Source: Bispira polyomma (taxonomy: Eukaryota). Taken from it: a DNA stretch of 64,000 nucleotides. The position numbers and the translations under genes are program-made. Shown piece after piece: positions 36,494 through 51,497 of this stretch (positions are counted from its first letter, which is position 1; every line of letters starts with the position of its first letter). The stretch is taken from positions 73,780,001 through 73,844,000 of the forward strand of contig OZ287748.1 in assembly GCA_965649765.1 (NCBI GenBank), written 5' to 3'. The notes under the pieces are model-generated. The model saw nothing but the letters and a program-made list of their open reading frames with translations. It ran no database searches and had not been told where the DNA came from.

Positions 36494-38143
36494 GATTAAT
36501 GTTGTTATTGTTTTGTATGTAATTGTTAAGTTTTCTCTTGTCTGTGTATATATAACATTGTTATAAGTTGTATGATATACATGCATGTCTAAATTATTGA
36601 GTTGTTTATAAGATGGTTATAAAAATATGAACTTAAAACATATTTTTTTGTCATTTCAGGACTTCAGTCTACTGTAGAAGCCAATCCAAACATTGATTAA
36701 CTGCTCCTACTTTATTTAGCTGTCCTTAGGAGGTTAAAGTTTTTGCTATACTTCAGTTTATTTGAACTAATTTGCATGAAATGTGGTGAAGGGATTGGAC
36801 AGGAGTACCTTAAACTTTGGTGGGATAGCATCCTTGGGCAAGATGTGAACACAACTGACTAATATCTCCATTGGCAGATTAAATATCCTTGGGGACGTTG
36901 ATAATGGTCATCCTCAAGCAAGCCTTGGTGCTTATAGTGGCTGCCCATGTGGAAGCGCATTTAAAACTGCCCTGTGTTCTATAAGTGCGCTATATCAAAT
37001 GTCCTATTTCATTTCATTTACTGTAAAATACCACCAGCTTAGAGCAAGGACTGGTCAAACTATCCCACATGAAGGAAGGAAAAGTAGTGGGAGTTGAGCC
37101 CACTGTCCTCAAGAGGTGAAAAAGGCTAGTGATATTAAAACAAAAAGATACTTAATATGTCCACTAGGTCACTGCAACGGGCCGGGCCCCTTATATCTAC
37201 TTATTAGCAGCTACAATAACAAAAGCTTTTTGAGGCAATTGTGTCGATATATATACAGGTTGATGGATACAGCTTCGCTTAAATAGACTGTCTTAACAAA
37301 TCGCACATTACTCAGATTTAGGAGTGTATTAAAGTAAGCAATCCTAAAATTCAAAACTGTATCTGAAAAATTCGCCACCTAGAAACTGTTGTGTTTTTGG
37401 TAGAAATATTGGGCAATATTTTGCTGAAATTGATATTCTTGTGACTATTTTTCCTTACTTACCTAAATTCCAGTTACTTTTTTGCCCAGGTTTTTATTAA
37501 ATTTGGGTAAAATTGTAAGGGGTAGTCAATTTCAAATACAGTTGCGAATTTTACGATTCCTTTCTCTTAACGTTTCTTGTTGATATATTCCAGACCCTGG
37601 TGACGGTTGTCTCTCTGTGTGTATATTGTGTATCTCTCTCCAAAGTCTATGTGTGCATTCTATAAACAAACCTCATTAATAAATGCTGTTACTGTATGTT
37701 ATAGGCTCAATAAACCTGTCCAGTAAAAAAAAACCCCAACCAATCATTTGTTTTGTTTATCCCACAAATGACACTTCAATCACCATCTAACTACAGCTTT
37801 TTAAAAAAAAACATGGAACATATGACTCCCCCTCTTTCAAAAACTAAATTTAATTGATCAAATTAAACTTGATAATGCAAAACTCAAATAAAACTAAGGC
37901 AACCTTTTGGATAAAAGCATGGGAATGTGCAAAACATCGTCTGTTGAAACTTTAAATAATAAATTTGATAAAACAATTGTCTTTGGCAAAGATCTCCTTT
38001 CAAGGAGTGAAAAATAGCTTCATGATGATAAACAGTATGGTCATCATAACAGTACAGCGACATTCTTTCTGAGAAACTGGTGTAGAACAGTATGTTGGCT
38101 AGAGGTCAAAACATAGAAAATCCTTTGTATGGTTATTTACAGA

Positions 38144-38395
38144 ATTTGAATTTGGATATTTAACGTCCACTCTAGTACCTCTTAGTAGGTTATATTGGGA
38201 TGGGTAGTTGGAAACGCTGGAGGAAACACTGCAAACAGTCGGTCAAGGTTCTGCAGAGAAACCAGCGGCCCACAGTAAGGAACTACCACCTTTCCAACAT
38301 AGGCATCAACGGGATTCAAACTCACGCCGCCCAGAGGTGAGAGACCAGTGATTGTGAAGCACAATGCTTGCTAACCACTAGGTCACCGCGGCTCC
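38144..38395 (-). mobile_element. tRNA-derived SINE, duplicate of 20047-20298
   Basis: Identical at +18097 with the same TSD. Confidence 0.92.
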
Positions 38396-40238
38396 GGTTA
38401 TTTACAGATGATAAGCACATTTTACCATGTAGCTTTCTGTCATGGCAGGAACAAGACAGAAGCAATTTCAAGGTCCAGAATAAATAAATGTCAAGGTTCA
38501 TTGTAGAGTAAATCATAATGCAGCATATTTAAGTCATTATACGGTCAGTTACAACATGTGGCAACATAGGGACATGCCTTCACAACTCTTGCGATTCTTT
38601 CTACAACCAAGTATAATCAAAATGTCCTGCAACAACAAACTGGTTCCTCATGTACCGAATGCAAAATGCAGTTTGATTTAAGTGTATTTTGTACTCTAAC
38701 ATATCAGTCTCAAAACAATTTTTTTATACATGTACTTATAACGTAGGCGAGTGTTTAGGTTCATTTTCTTTGTTTAATTGAATGTTCGTGTATTTATTGT
38801 AAATTGTCATAATTTGTAAATCAAAATACAGTTTTCCAGTGTCATGTTCTGGCCTCCTCTCTATTTTTCACCTTGAAGTTATGACCTTGACCTTTTTCTG
38901 GACTGTTGACCTGTTTAACTGCTGGTACTAGTCTCCTAGCAAAGCTTCCACAGACAGTCTCCAATAATTTCAAAAATGCATTTCTTTTATTAACCGCTCC
39001 TTCTATTGCCATTATTAAATGATACAGAAAAAAATACTGCATCGGTATATCAGGCTTTATTGAAAAAAAAACTAGCTTTACACGTCACAGATTTTACAAG
39101 TATATATTGGTATAAACTGTCAGAAATTTAAACTCTTTCTAGATTATTTATATACAAGTAACTCATAATATCATAGAAAGAAGTCACTTAACTGATTCAG
39201 TCTTTTGAAAAAGTCGGTTATTAAAAAATATTATAATAAATTACAACAGGCTATTATAAAAACTAATCTTGAGACATAATCAGTTTTTAACATACCCAAC
39301 TTTTAACGTAGTCAATTTGATAGAACAAAATCAATGTATTAAATGTAGCTGTGATATTTTACGTTTCAACTCGCATATTGGCACAAAATTATTATCCCCC
39401 AATCCTAATACAATTTTCTAAATCAAAACTCTTTTTTCTATTTAGTCTTAGAACCAGTGTAACCTATCAGCAGACGGATCTATATTTTAATATACATTTA
39501 GTAATCTAATAAATTTAGTAATACATTTAGTAATCTCATAAAAAAATAACATAAAATTCATTGAAACTATTTATCACAACTATTGCAATAAAAAATAAAC
39601 AACATAGCACTTGGCACCTATTAGTTATCACTATAAGCTAATAATACTGTTGAAACAACAAACCAATGTTTATATGACTTTATGAAACAAAAACACTAAA
39701 ATATTAATTCATGAATACTGATCATTTGTAGGAGTTATAATAGATACACATTAATAAGTTAGGACTGAACACTGTAAGTATATAAATGCACTGAACACAT
39801 ACGTTGGTAGATCCTAACTGCTCACAATATTAACTTAAGTTCAATAATTTACATCTGTTTAAAAATTATTTAAAAATTTTAAAGCTATGTAAAAAGTTAA
39901 AAGTTCTATCACAAAATATTTCAGTTAAAATATCAACATAATTAAACAGAAACAAATTATTTTAGGATGGAAAAAAATAACAATATTATATGAAATTTGT
40001 TTTAAAAATAACAAAATTAAACTCTATATTCTGCAAGGTTAACAAATAATAACAGCAAATTATTAAGTTATACAACATATTAACACACAGGAAATACATT
40101 AAATCAGTATTAAAAATAACAAAATTACACTGTCTCTTGTAAGGATAAAAATAACAAAAAAATAACAAGATATTGAAGAATCAAGGATAAAAAAAAAAAA
40201 AAAAAAAAAAATGCAACAGTTTTTGAAGTAGGAAATAT

Positions 40239-43200
40239 TTAATCTTTGTGTTGATCTCCATGGAGACCAAATAATTCCTTCTCCATCTCCTTTATCTGTT
40301 TTAGCAGCACAGAACCTGCATCCAGACGCTCCAAGAACTCAGACTGGCTCTTCTGTGTATACGCCTTTAGTTCAGCCACCTCCTTTCTAAACTCCTCTGC
40401 CTCTGATTTCACGGCCTGAATTCCTTGCACTAGACTGGTCAGTCCAATGTGCAGACCATTGGCCAGGTGTGAGGCTCTCTGGAGTTGTAAGCACTGATCA
40501 CAGCCGGCCTTAAAGTGACCGCCGTGTTTGCTGTGGGCATCTGATCTGTACTGGTGGACAAGAAGGACCTGTGGAGGGTGCACAGAAGTAACAAGTTAAT
40601 TAAAATGTAAATTTGCATTGATAAAGCACTTTCTTTCAAAGCGCTGTACACAGTTTACACCCCCCCCCCCCCCTCCCAGCCTTGGTTCTTTCACTTGTCA
40701 ACAAATTGTTCAGTCTCAGCTCCCTTAAGGAAGCATATACTAGTTATGCTGCCACACACGGCACAAAAATTAACACACCCATTAGCAGCCAGGTACCTAT
40801 TTATATACCTGGGTGGAGATGGATAACTTAGTGTGAAGTACCTTGTCCAAGGGTACAATCACCAGACAAACAGTCAGGATCGAACCAGGATCCTCCGATC
40901 TTCCAAATCTAAAAGTCTGACACTATATCCCACAGAAGTAGTAATTAGTAAGTGGTGAAATGCCTAAAAAAATGACCCCAAAAATGGAGTTCCCAGGACC
41001 TGACCATTGATAAAAAGTCTCAAAAACTTTGGTTCAATTCCTATCTTTAACATCTTTATCTAAACTGTCATATGTTGGTATACTATGTATAATATATAAA
41101 ATTATATATTAGGGGTAAAATTATATATTAGGGGTGAGCCGGTTAAAACACAGTGCAAATATATAAATTTGGAAGAGGGTGAATATGTTCCTAAAATTAA
41201 ATATTCAGAAAACATAAGTTTGGAGATAACAGAGGTTCTACTGTATATATATATATATATACAGGGGTCAACAAAAGTCACTTACCAAGACAATCACTGC
41301 AATGGCTAGTAGGAGTGCAACAAGATATCCAGCAGCTCCAGATTCTACAGTAATAAACATCCAGCTCCAGGCTTCAGCAAATTCTGCCAGCTGACTGAAT
41401 CCAATCAATACCAGATTATACAGCTTGTTAAAGCATGCCATTGATGCCTCAAAGCCACACTTCAGAGCAGACAAGACTCCACCAATGACAAGACCAAGAA
41501 CAGCAACCAGAGCAGGTAACATATCGGCATGGTGAATGGTTGTATACCCGGCTGTAGATAAGACATCCATGATGTGAGTAGCCTTCTGGAGGAGATCCTT
41601 GCTAAAGTGATCATCATTGAATGTGGCAGCCACAACTTTGTTTTCTTCTTCCTCAGAAATAGTCACCTCGCATACCCTCATCCTCTGTTTGTGGGTTTCA
41701 TGAACTGGGCTGTTGTTGTTACCCATGACAGCATCAAAGCCAAAGCTAAGGCCATCTGTGACAAGCAGGAAGCCATCAGAGAAGATAGATTTTCCAGTGG
41801 CCATGAGGTCCTTCATATCTTCTGCCATAACTGCAGAAGAACTTCGTACAATGGTCACCAATCCTTTAGCAACATCTATGGCAGCTACAATAAGACAAAA
41901 AGAAATGTTTAGCTAAAGTTATATTTACTACTGCATATCTTAATTAACATTAAAGGGTAATTTACTATAACTTCTGCATGGGTAGCTCTGGCTTCAGTCT
42001 ACCCTTGGCCTCGGCCATTAAGAAATTTACTTCGTACTGATTTTACACGGGCAGTCGAGGCCAAGGGTAGGCCAAAAGCTAGCACCACCCATGTACTAGT
42101 CACTCTTAGATATAAATGTACATATAAACTTATATTACTGGTTATTTAAACACAGAATATAGTCTTGTACACACTTTAAAAAAAAAATAAATAAATAATT
42201 TACGGGACAACATTAACGTTTCCAGATAAAGGACACACCACTTCATAACAAAATTTAGTATTACTTAGTTATCTTCAGACCTGACATGCCACTTTTGTCA
42301 GAATTCATAACTCACTTTCCGAGTTCTGTTATTTACACAAGCAAATATGTATTGTAGATTAGAAGTTTATCAAATTGAAAAATCAAAGCTTTTAGGATTG
42401 ATCACACATTGTAGAAGTATTAAGGTGTTGACATATTTAACACATACCAGAAATGTATGTTCTGTCGCCCTGGTTGTATTCTTTGACTGAGTACATTGTA
42501 CCAGCATGGCTAAGGCCGTCATACATGGGAAATCCACAGCCTGGCAATACCAGGTCACCCTGCATGACAACATCACAGCCCTTAAAACAATAAAGTGAAG
42601 AGTTCATATGTTATTTATTTTATTTTAAGCAGCATTCAACTATCATCATTTGATATAAATTGAAGTATACAGTATAGAACATATATATATATATATATCT
42701 AATCTAATCTAGTCGTACTTTTATAGTGCTTAATCTTTGTACAACAAATTCTAAGGCGCAACAAACCCAAAACGTTAATCGAAAATCAAAAATAGTGGGC
42801 GGATGGAAGTCATAACCAGGGAGACTACCGTAAATGGTTGCGACGGCTAAGGTGGAAAAGCCTGTTCAAAAAGATAGGCCTTCAGCTTACTCCTGAAAGA
42901 GGAGAAAGTTTGAGCCAGGCGAACATGACCAGGTAGGCTGTTCCAAATGAGGGGGCCATCATGAGCTAGGCAGTGATTGAACTGAACTTTGGATTTGTGG
43001 ATGCGAGGGTCGAAAGTGGGAATGTTAAGGTATAATCTATCAGGGTTACTGCGCCTTGTCCTGACTGAGCATGTATATTTGGACAGATGGGGGCTAAAAT
43101 AAGTGGGTAATCCAGAAATTTATATATTATTGTTGCTGTTTTGAAAGCAACACGATATTTTATTGGGAGCCAGTGCAATGACTTGAGTACAGGAGTAATG

Positions 43201-43953
43201 TGGGAAAATTTAAAAGTTTTGGTCACAATACGTGCCAACGAGTGTTGGATATTCTGAAGGCGTCTGAGATGACTACGATATAAGGAACGTATATATATAT
43301 ATGGGAGAGCAAGATTTATTCTGATAACATGAGGCCTATAAAATAGTATCAACAATGGGAGAATTTAAATTTGGTCAACTGTAAAACAATTTTACAAAAT
43401 TGAGGTCTAAATAATATACATTCTATGGTGCACCAGCTAGGGTTTTTTTGTTGTGGCATTTACGTTTTCATAGTAGACATAAATTAAGCAGCAATATATG
43501 GTCTTTAAATCACATGTACGTTGTAGAACTTAGTAAAATATAAACTTTTGTTGTGTTTATTAAATGTGCTGTATCACAGTAATCTTGCCTAATTATACTT
43601 TGTTGTTTTCACATAAAACTCTCCTAAAAAAAGTCTACGTTTGTGAAAACCTCAACTAAAAAGTCTACGTATACCACGAAAACGTAAGTGCCACGAAAAC
43701 GCCATAAACAACCACAACCAGGATCCATTATGTTGACGTTTTCGTCACACTAAAATATTTGTTTGAAAACACAAACCTTCAGTTTTTCATCTGTTTGCAC
43801 ATATCTGTACTGAGACTTCAGTAGCAATACAAACAGGAAAAGTATTACACCAACGTGTAATATCTTGTGTAATATCTTCCGATACTTCAGCTTCTCTATC
43901 TGCTTCATTATCTTCTGACGCTTCTGCTTACGTATCTTCCAACGCTTCATCAT
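40239..43953 (-). CDS. Uncharacterised 4-exon membrane protein, copy 2
   Basis: Exons 43953-43777, 42580-42448, 41884-41286, 40568-40239. Translated ORF pieces identical to copy 1. Confidence 0.72.
42697..43287 (-). mobile_element. L2-type LINE 3' fragment, duplicate of 24600-25190
   Basis: Identical at +18097. Confidence 0.9.
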
Positions 43954-46900
43954 TAAGATGATGGTAAATATTATCAAATATTCATGAAAATAATATTCTC
44001 CCAACTTTTTTTGCAACCGTTTCCAAGAAAAGCGAACTTGATAATAAGATGACGTCATGCGTCACGTGACGGTGTAAAATATTCTCCGCGACGTACCGAA
44101 AGAATTGTGCGCAAACATTTTGCAAGTTGTAAATGTGTAACGTTAATAATTGTGATTGTGTAACGTCAATTGTGACTTTATGACAAAAATAAATGTGTAA
44201 CGTCAACAATTGTGACTTTACAACAAAAATAAACGAGAGTACAATATGTGTTAGTGCTTGAGTCAAGTTTTGAATAACATTACGCTAAACTCGGCTTAGA
44301 ACTATTTATTGTACATATGCATGGCAAAACGCATAACGTCCTCTTTTAGGCCTAGTACAAAGATTAACTGTTTGTCGTCAGTTTTTCTTGACATAATGCC
44401 CCGCATACAATCCTGCTTATCAGTGTACCCAGCATCAGTCAAAAACAGGTTGAAATAATGCCTTAACAGTCGTGTATAATTGTGGGGCCAAAACTCGCCA
44501 TGATTGCAACTGAAAAACGAAACATAAGGGTAATATCCAGCTGTTGTCTGTGAATCAGACACGGTTTGGTGGGGACAGAGAGTGGGGTATTAGGGGCGGA
44601 AGTCTGACGTCATAAACACCTATTTTTTTGTTTTTTGTGACGTGACACACCACATATTTCTAAGGTTGAAGATTATTTTGTTGTTGAGAAAATTGCATAT
44701 TTGACTATTTGTAAATATGAAGTCTTAACTACAAAAATTACGTCCTTTTTGTTCGTTCCTGGAACCACCATTTGTCTTAAACTTCTGCAGTCAGGTTAAA
44801 ACAGTGGAAACGACATCAATATAGGTAGGACATAGATGGTTAATGTATACATGTACGAGGGCATTATGTTACCTGTCGCAAGCTCTGTGTGGATGTGACA
44901 TGCGCCAATACAGTACAAAGATAAAAAAAATATCCTCTACTATATTAACCAGGCATAAAGGTAATATGTGCTACATATTGACATTCACACAGAGGGTCTT
45001 TTTGCTTTACAATAACAGCACAGATCTGCCCTGGCTATTGGGGGGAAAGTCCATACACTAAATATGGATGTTACCATTTGATAACATGTTACAGCTCTAG
45101 TTAAATCTAATTTAGAAATTTTTTGTGTATTATGCCCCAGTCCCACCGGATTTACGTTAGTCTATGTTAACCACCAAAGGCTGTCGCAAAAATTGGATGC
45201 AAAAATCCACACACAAGGGGGAAACCCCAGGCAGAAGTCGATTTATATTTTTTATTACGTCAAAGGCATTAACTTGCGCAGAGATCCATGTATTTGTACG
45301 TCAACACCTGTAAAGAGTTGCACACATTTGTACGCAAATACACATAAAACGACGCACATTGACACGTTCAAGGCCATAATATTATATTAAACCACGTAAT
45401 TTATTATGTTATATAGGTAATACTATTGATATAGGTAATACTACATCAATGTCTATGTATTCTTACGCTGTATGATTTGTATTACGTTAACACTCATGTG
45501 GCTACGTCAAACCACGCTTTAGAAATAGATGTTCGCAAGTCTATGTTTTTTGGCCACATTGCTTGCCGCATCAATCTTATGTGGTTTGCGTGTCCAAATT
45601 TCAAACGGTATCAAATTATAGATTTCTTGAATGTCATCTCTCACGTCAGATTATGTATGTTTATGTATATTACATTAGCTCCCGCAAACACCACGCAAAC
45701 CCTACGCAAAATGATTTCGTTTAATGACTGCTTATGTGAAGTGCGGTGGAACTGAAGCATTACAGTAGAATTAAAGACTTTCGGTGCCAAGTTAAAAGAT
45801 GGCCATTTACAATGTTGGCTGTTGCTGTTTAGAATATTGACTGTATGCTTGATGTTTTACTAGGATAAATTAATGGGGACCAAAGGTCTATTGTTAATAG
45901 GTAAATATTATGTTAGTAAATGTAGCAAAGGAAAACAGAAAACTAGGTTTGCTATTTTGTTGTTGTTTTTTTTTGTTTATTCTAAGAGATCGTTTAGACA
46001 TTGGTAAGCAAATAGCAATAAAAACTACTCTAATTTAAACTTTAAAAACTTAAAAGTTTTGAGAGTTACTCGTGCTATATCTAATTAGTAATGATATATC
46101 TTTATGTGACCTTGGTAGTAAACAATTTTTGTTTTTGTCAAGGTTTGTAAGGATATACTGAATGTGTAAAAATAAATCGCATTTTGTACACCAAAAGTTA
46201 AGACTAATCACTTTTATTCTGGGGTAGTGCTTTATACAAGGTTACGTCCAAGAGTTCTATACGGCCTTGTCTAGTTGATATTTTCGTCATCGGTAAAATA
46301 AACATTCTTTTAATAAAAGCAAAGACTTGGAAACTACATTAACTGTTAGATAAGAGGACAATCTATAAAAATGATATCACAACATAGAAGTTGATTCAAT
46401 TAAAAGGCATTTAAAATGGCATTGACGGAAATATCTACTTGACAAAAATATCACAGAAGAGGGTGCAGAATCTCCCAATGTTCTCCTAATATCAAAACGG
46501 TATCGTTTCCAATGATAAATTTTATTCCTATAAACACCAATAATAATAATAATTGAAACGTTTATAAAGCACCAAATTGACGAGAACATTCTGTAAGGCG
46601 CTGATATCCAAAAAGGGTAAATTTCAGGGCCAAGCAAAATGTGGTTACCAGAAAGCATCCACCAAAAGAAGGGTGACTTAGGATGGGGATAGGCCAGTTT
46701 GAAAATTGTATTGTATTGTATTGTAGATTTTAAATGTGCATACTTGTAAAACAGTTAAAATGCATATTTAATATGAAGAGTTCCCTTAATATGTCCTTAT
46801 CTATAGTGTTATTGAAAAGGTAAGTTTCAAGGTGGCTTCTTAAACCAGTGATTTTATCCTATTAAATAAAAGGCCACATGCATGGCCATAACCTCATACC

Positions 46901-47579
46901 ACGAACAATAGGCATAATGTACACAAATAATTTTGTATTATAAATAATAATAATAGTTCTTCCAATATAAGTAATATATAGGTCAACTAGTATAAATGAT
47001 CATGTTTATATAATCAGGGATTGCATGTTCATTTATATGCTTTGTTTTAAAAAAAGTGACTTTTAGTTATAACTTAAAAATTCTTTGCTTTATGAAATAC
47101 TGGTGATTTTTCTAACAACGGTTTTCATCAATCCTCGCGTACATTATTGATAAAACCATATACCAATTTATAATTTCCCCACGAACCATAACGTCCCCAA
47201 TGAGGTGATCTCGATATTACGTAGTAAACTGCTAAAAACTGTGAAATTGTGGGTATGTTTTAAAAGGGCTGTCATTAATATCTCTGCTGGGGTATATTTA
47301 TACATTAGGTGTTACATTATGTAGCCAGTATATTGTATGACATAAAATGAATATAATTTGCAATTAGAGTCTTTTCTCAAAGCGTTTTATATTACCGTAC
47401 GTAGAGCTGTAACGACACACGTAGGTAAAAGTCACGGTATTGTAAAACGTTAAAAATACATATTAAACATGGAGGATCTTCTTAGTGTTGGGGGTACAAC
47501 AAGATATACCAGCTACCTAATGAAAGAAGTAAAAAATATATCTAGCGGAGATATAACGACAGGTACTTTAAAAAGACAC

Positions 47580-47907
47580 CAGCAGTTGTAGTTGATATAG
47601 ACTTTAGTACAGAGGAGATTTCAGTGTGTATTGATCCACTGGGTCCTCCTAAACACTATGACTTTGATCTGAATCTGGATATTTTTGACTGCGAAGCTTA
47701 ATTTTGTTATTGTTTTGTATGTAATTAAAGTTTTTTTGGTTCTGGGTGAATCTTGTGTCTGTAGCATTATTATAAGTTGTGTATTATACATGCATGTCTA
47801 AGTTATTGAGTTGTTGTTAAGATAGTAATAAAAATATGAACTAAAGAAATACGTTATTGGATCACTTCAGCCAACTCTAGAAGCAGTTAGAAATATTTAT
47901 AAACAAC
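47580..47907 (+). pseudogene. Paralog E2: 3' relic, duplicate of E1
   Basis: Identical at +18097. Confidence 0.88.
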
Positions 47908-48529
47908 TGCTTCTTTTATTACCCAGCTGACAAGATTATGTTTTTAATGTTTTTTGGTCTGAGTCCGTTGGTTTGTTTGTCACGAAGATTTTTTTTTACA
48001 CAAAAAATGATTTACATGAAATTTTGTGGAGGGTTGTGTCATGGGTGAAAGAATAATCCAATAAATTGGGCAGGGCAGACCCATTTTTTTACATTTTTAC
48101 TGTGCCTCAGCCTTGGCAGAGGTATGCATTCCATTGAGTGCCTTTTAGATGCCGAATTGTAATACAAGTATAGATTAAAAAGAAGATTTTGAGATTTAAA
48201 ATTCTATTAATTTGACAAGTTATTCAGAGACACCATCTTGTCTTATGTACTGTAAACAACAGAAATAACTCGGCTCTGCAGTAAACTTATTCAAAGGTTT
48301 GCTGCTGATGGGATTCGATCCTGGGAAAACCCCGTAAGCCAGAGTGTTTAATGCACTGATATACATGGATAGTACAATACGCAGGATTATCTGAGACCAT
48401 AATGCACTCCGACAAGTTTGTTGACATTGTATGGAAATATAAACAAAACCAAAAACCATAATCCAAATCCAAACCATAGGAATGCAGTGATAACATTGCA
48501 CCCCTGGCTCATAGATAGCTAGTAGACAT

Positions 48530-48730
48530 GCGCCATATTCACAAAAGGTCTTCGTATTAACTTAATCATGAGATTTTGGTCTTAGTCCCAGTGACATTAA
48601 GAAAAGATTGTTTGTTTCTGTTAACTTTGCACTTTACACTAAGACTAACAGTAGACAGTCTTTAATATTTGAGACAAAAATGTTAAACTTAAGACTAAGT
48701 CAAGACTTAGACCTTTTGTGAATACGGCCC
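48530..48730. mobile_element. Harbinger-like MITE, duplicate of 30433-30633
   Basis: Identical at +18097. Confidence 0.8.
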
Positions 48731-50267
48731 CAGATGAATAGTGCCTAGGATGACCATTTAAAAAATTGTTGGTCCTCTTTCACAGACTCCTACCCAAGTG
48801 GCAGAGTGATGTAGGGTTCACACCATGAGAGTATAGAGAGATGGTAAGAGATATTTTGAAAAATTCCCCTGTAGTGCGGGGAACCCTATCTATAACTTCC
48901 CTTAACTTCAGCTTCCTTCCCAAACCTTCTACAGTCGGCTATAAATTTCTTTCTTAGGATCTTATTTTACGACAGCAAAATAAATGAATGAATTGTGTTA
49001 TTATATTCAATAGGTTGAATACCATAACAAGCATGTGTCCACAACGTTTGGTACATGTACAGTATGTGGACTGTAGATGCTTTTTAAAAAGTTTAGCATC
49101 AAAAAAACAGTGTAGAAGAAGTAATTCCCATTTTTATATAATTTTTGAGGTGGTTGCTAGGATGATTATTGATTGACAGGTCAAGTTCCCTCCCCCAACT
49201 ATACTGTTTTATTGTGAAAAATACAGCCTGGGAAAAACCCACTCAAGTTCCCTCATATAAAATGACCTGAAAGCACTAATTTTATACACACAACTACATA
49301 CACACAAGATTCTGTATGTTTGGCTTTTTATATCTAGGGGAAATGAGGAGGGGGCTTTATAGTTATTAAAGCAATCTCTGTGTGCTTGTTTAGTATCCTT
49401 AAGACAGAAATACTGTAGATTAGAAATACTGTTATTTTATTTCTGGAAGTTTCACTGTAAATATATTTTGTGTATCATTCTAAATATTTGCAAACTTGCA
49501 ACAAACATTACAGTGCGACAGCCACTTCAATTATTTAAACCCCCATCATTGTCTTTAAGATGCGTACATCATATATTTTATAATTTCTCTTTTTAGCACT
49601 TGTGACGCTGTTTTTTTTTTTTCCTTTCCATCAGGTTAGAACTCACAAACTATCAGGAGGTAAGTGTTTTTTGTCAAATAACGTGTGCAGCTTTTCGTCC
49701 ATAAAACTACTTTTCACCCACATGGTCATCTGGCGATGGGGCCACAAGCGCACTTTATTCTATTCTTGTTGATAAAATTCAAAATTACTACACAACTTTC
49801 TCTTTATCTGTATTGTATTCGAATTTATACTCAGCTCAGTATATTTCTGCCTTATTTTGTACAGTAAAAAGACACTCAGTAGAGTGCTTACCTCTGCCAA
49901 GGCCTCACAGTCAAAAAAAGTGACTTCTGCCTAGATATGCTCCAATGTTTAATGTACTCCTGTCCCATTCTTTCACCACATTTCATGTAAATTAGTTCAA
50001 ACAAACAGAAGTATGGCAAAAACGTTAACCTCATAAGGACAGCTAAATAAAGTAGAAGCAGTTTATCAATGTTTGTAACGGCTTCTAGAGTAGACTGAAG
50101 ACCTCAAATGACAAAAAATATTTCTTGAATTCATATTTTTATAACCATCTTATAAACAACTCAATAATTTAGACATGCATGTATATCATACAACTTATAA
50201 CAATGTTATATATACACAGACAAGAGAAAACTTAACAATTACATACAAAACAATAACAACATTAATC

Positions 50268-51497
50268 TTAACAGTCAAAAATATCCAGACTCAGATCAAA
50301 GTGTGAGTGTTTAGGAGGACCCAGTGGATCAATACACACTGACATCTCCTCTCTACTGAAGTCCATATTAACTACAACTGCTGTATCCCTAAAAACACAA
50401 GGCAAACTCTTCATTTGATCAGGCTCAGAGTGTAACATCACTTGACATTCAGATTTCTGGGTTTGAGGCTTTGTCTGTCCTTGATGTCCACCTTTATAGA
50501 TTGGTCTGTTTCTTCTGAGCTGGTTAAATCTGGACTGTCTCTTTATGATTCTAAGGAGTCGGATATGTAACCAGAGCAAAACTAGGACAGTAGCAGTGAG
50601 AGTAGACAGGAGTAGAGTCAGAACTATGACTACAGTCTGTGTATGTCTACTGCTTTCCTCTACTCTATCTACACTGTCTCTCTTCTCACCTGATGAACTA
50701 CTACTCTGCTCCTGTGTCTCTGTAGTACTAAGTACACCTGTACTATAAAGTACACTTGTACTCTCGATGTACTCAGTACTCCTATACTCAGTGACCTCCT
50801 CTGTGGTCAGTTCTTCAGTACTGGCCTCACTACTCAGACTTTCCACATTCTCTGTAGTTGTTGTAATTGTTGTTTCTGCTGCTTTTTCTGCCACTCTGTC
50901 CTTCAGGTCACTGTGCACTAGTGCTGTACTTCCCACAATGCCTTCTGGTGTCAAGGCCATAACCTTGAACTCTACATCCTCATACATGGAGTGAGTTCCT
51001 ACTACATACAGTTTACTGTCAAAACTAGAAGAGTAATATCTCCACTCAGGACTGGTCTTGTGTTTGTACAGCAAGGAATATACAACTCTTCCATTGTCAA
51101 AGTCTTCATTAGTAGTCAGGTGTACATGAATGACAAAGAATGTGTTGTTGTTTATGGTCACTTCTGTGGTCAGTGTATAGTTCTCCTCTGTAGAAGTCTG
51201 CCCTTCACCCAATGAGTTAATGAAGTCACAACTGGTCTGACAGCCTCCAGAACAGATTCCGGCCTCTTGTTCACATTTCCAGGCCTGATTCTGTAGCACT
51301 AGTCGGTGACAGGTTTGCCAGCAGTCTAGACACTCCTCACTCCTCACACAGTGCTGGTCCCTTCTAGTGGTGATCTCTCTGATGTAACAGGAGCCACACT
51401 GGGCTCGACACTGACTCAAGGACACAGCCTGGTCTTGGGTTACAGCTGAGGTCATAGGTGGTAAAAGTAGGACCACCAGTAGCAGAAAACCTTCCAT
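50268..51497 (-). CDS. Paralog B2: full-length type I membrane protein (409 aa), identical in protein to B1
   Basis: Intact ORF from ATG 51497. Confidence 0.85.
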   Translation of the reverse strand: MEGFLLLVVLLLPPMTSAVTQDQAVSLSQCRAQCGSCYIREITTRRDQHCVRSEECLDCWQTCHRLVLQNQAWKCEQEAGICSGGCQTSCDFINSLGEGQTSTEENYTLTTEVTINNNTFFVIHVHLTTNEDFDNGRVVYSLLYKHKTSPEWRYYSSSFDSKLYVVGTHSMYEDVEFKVMALTPEGIVGSTALVHSDLKDRVAEKAAETTITTTTENVESLSSEASTEELTTEEVTEYRSTEYIESTSVLYSTGVLSTTETQEQSSSSSGEKRDSVDRVEESSRHTQTVVIVLTLLLSTLTATVLVLLWLHIRLLRIIKRQSRFNQLRRNRPIYKGGHQGQTKPQTQKSECQVMLHSEPDQMKSLPCVFRDTAVVVNMDFSREEMSVCIDPLGPPKHSHFDLSLDIFDC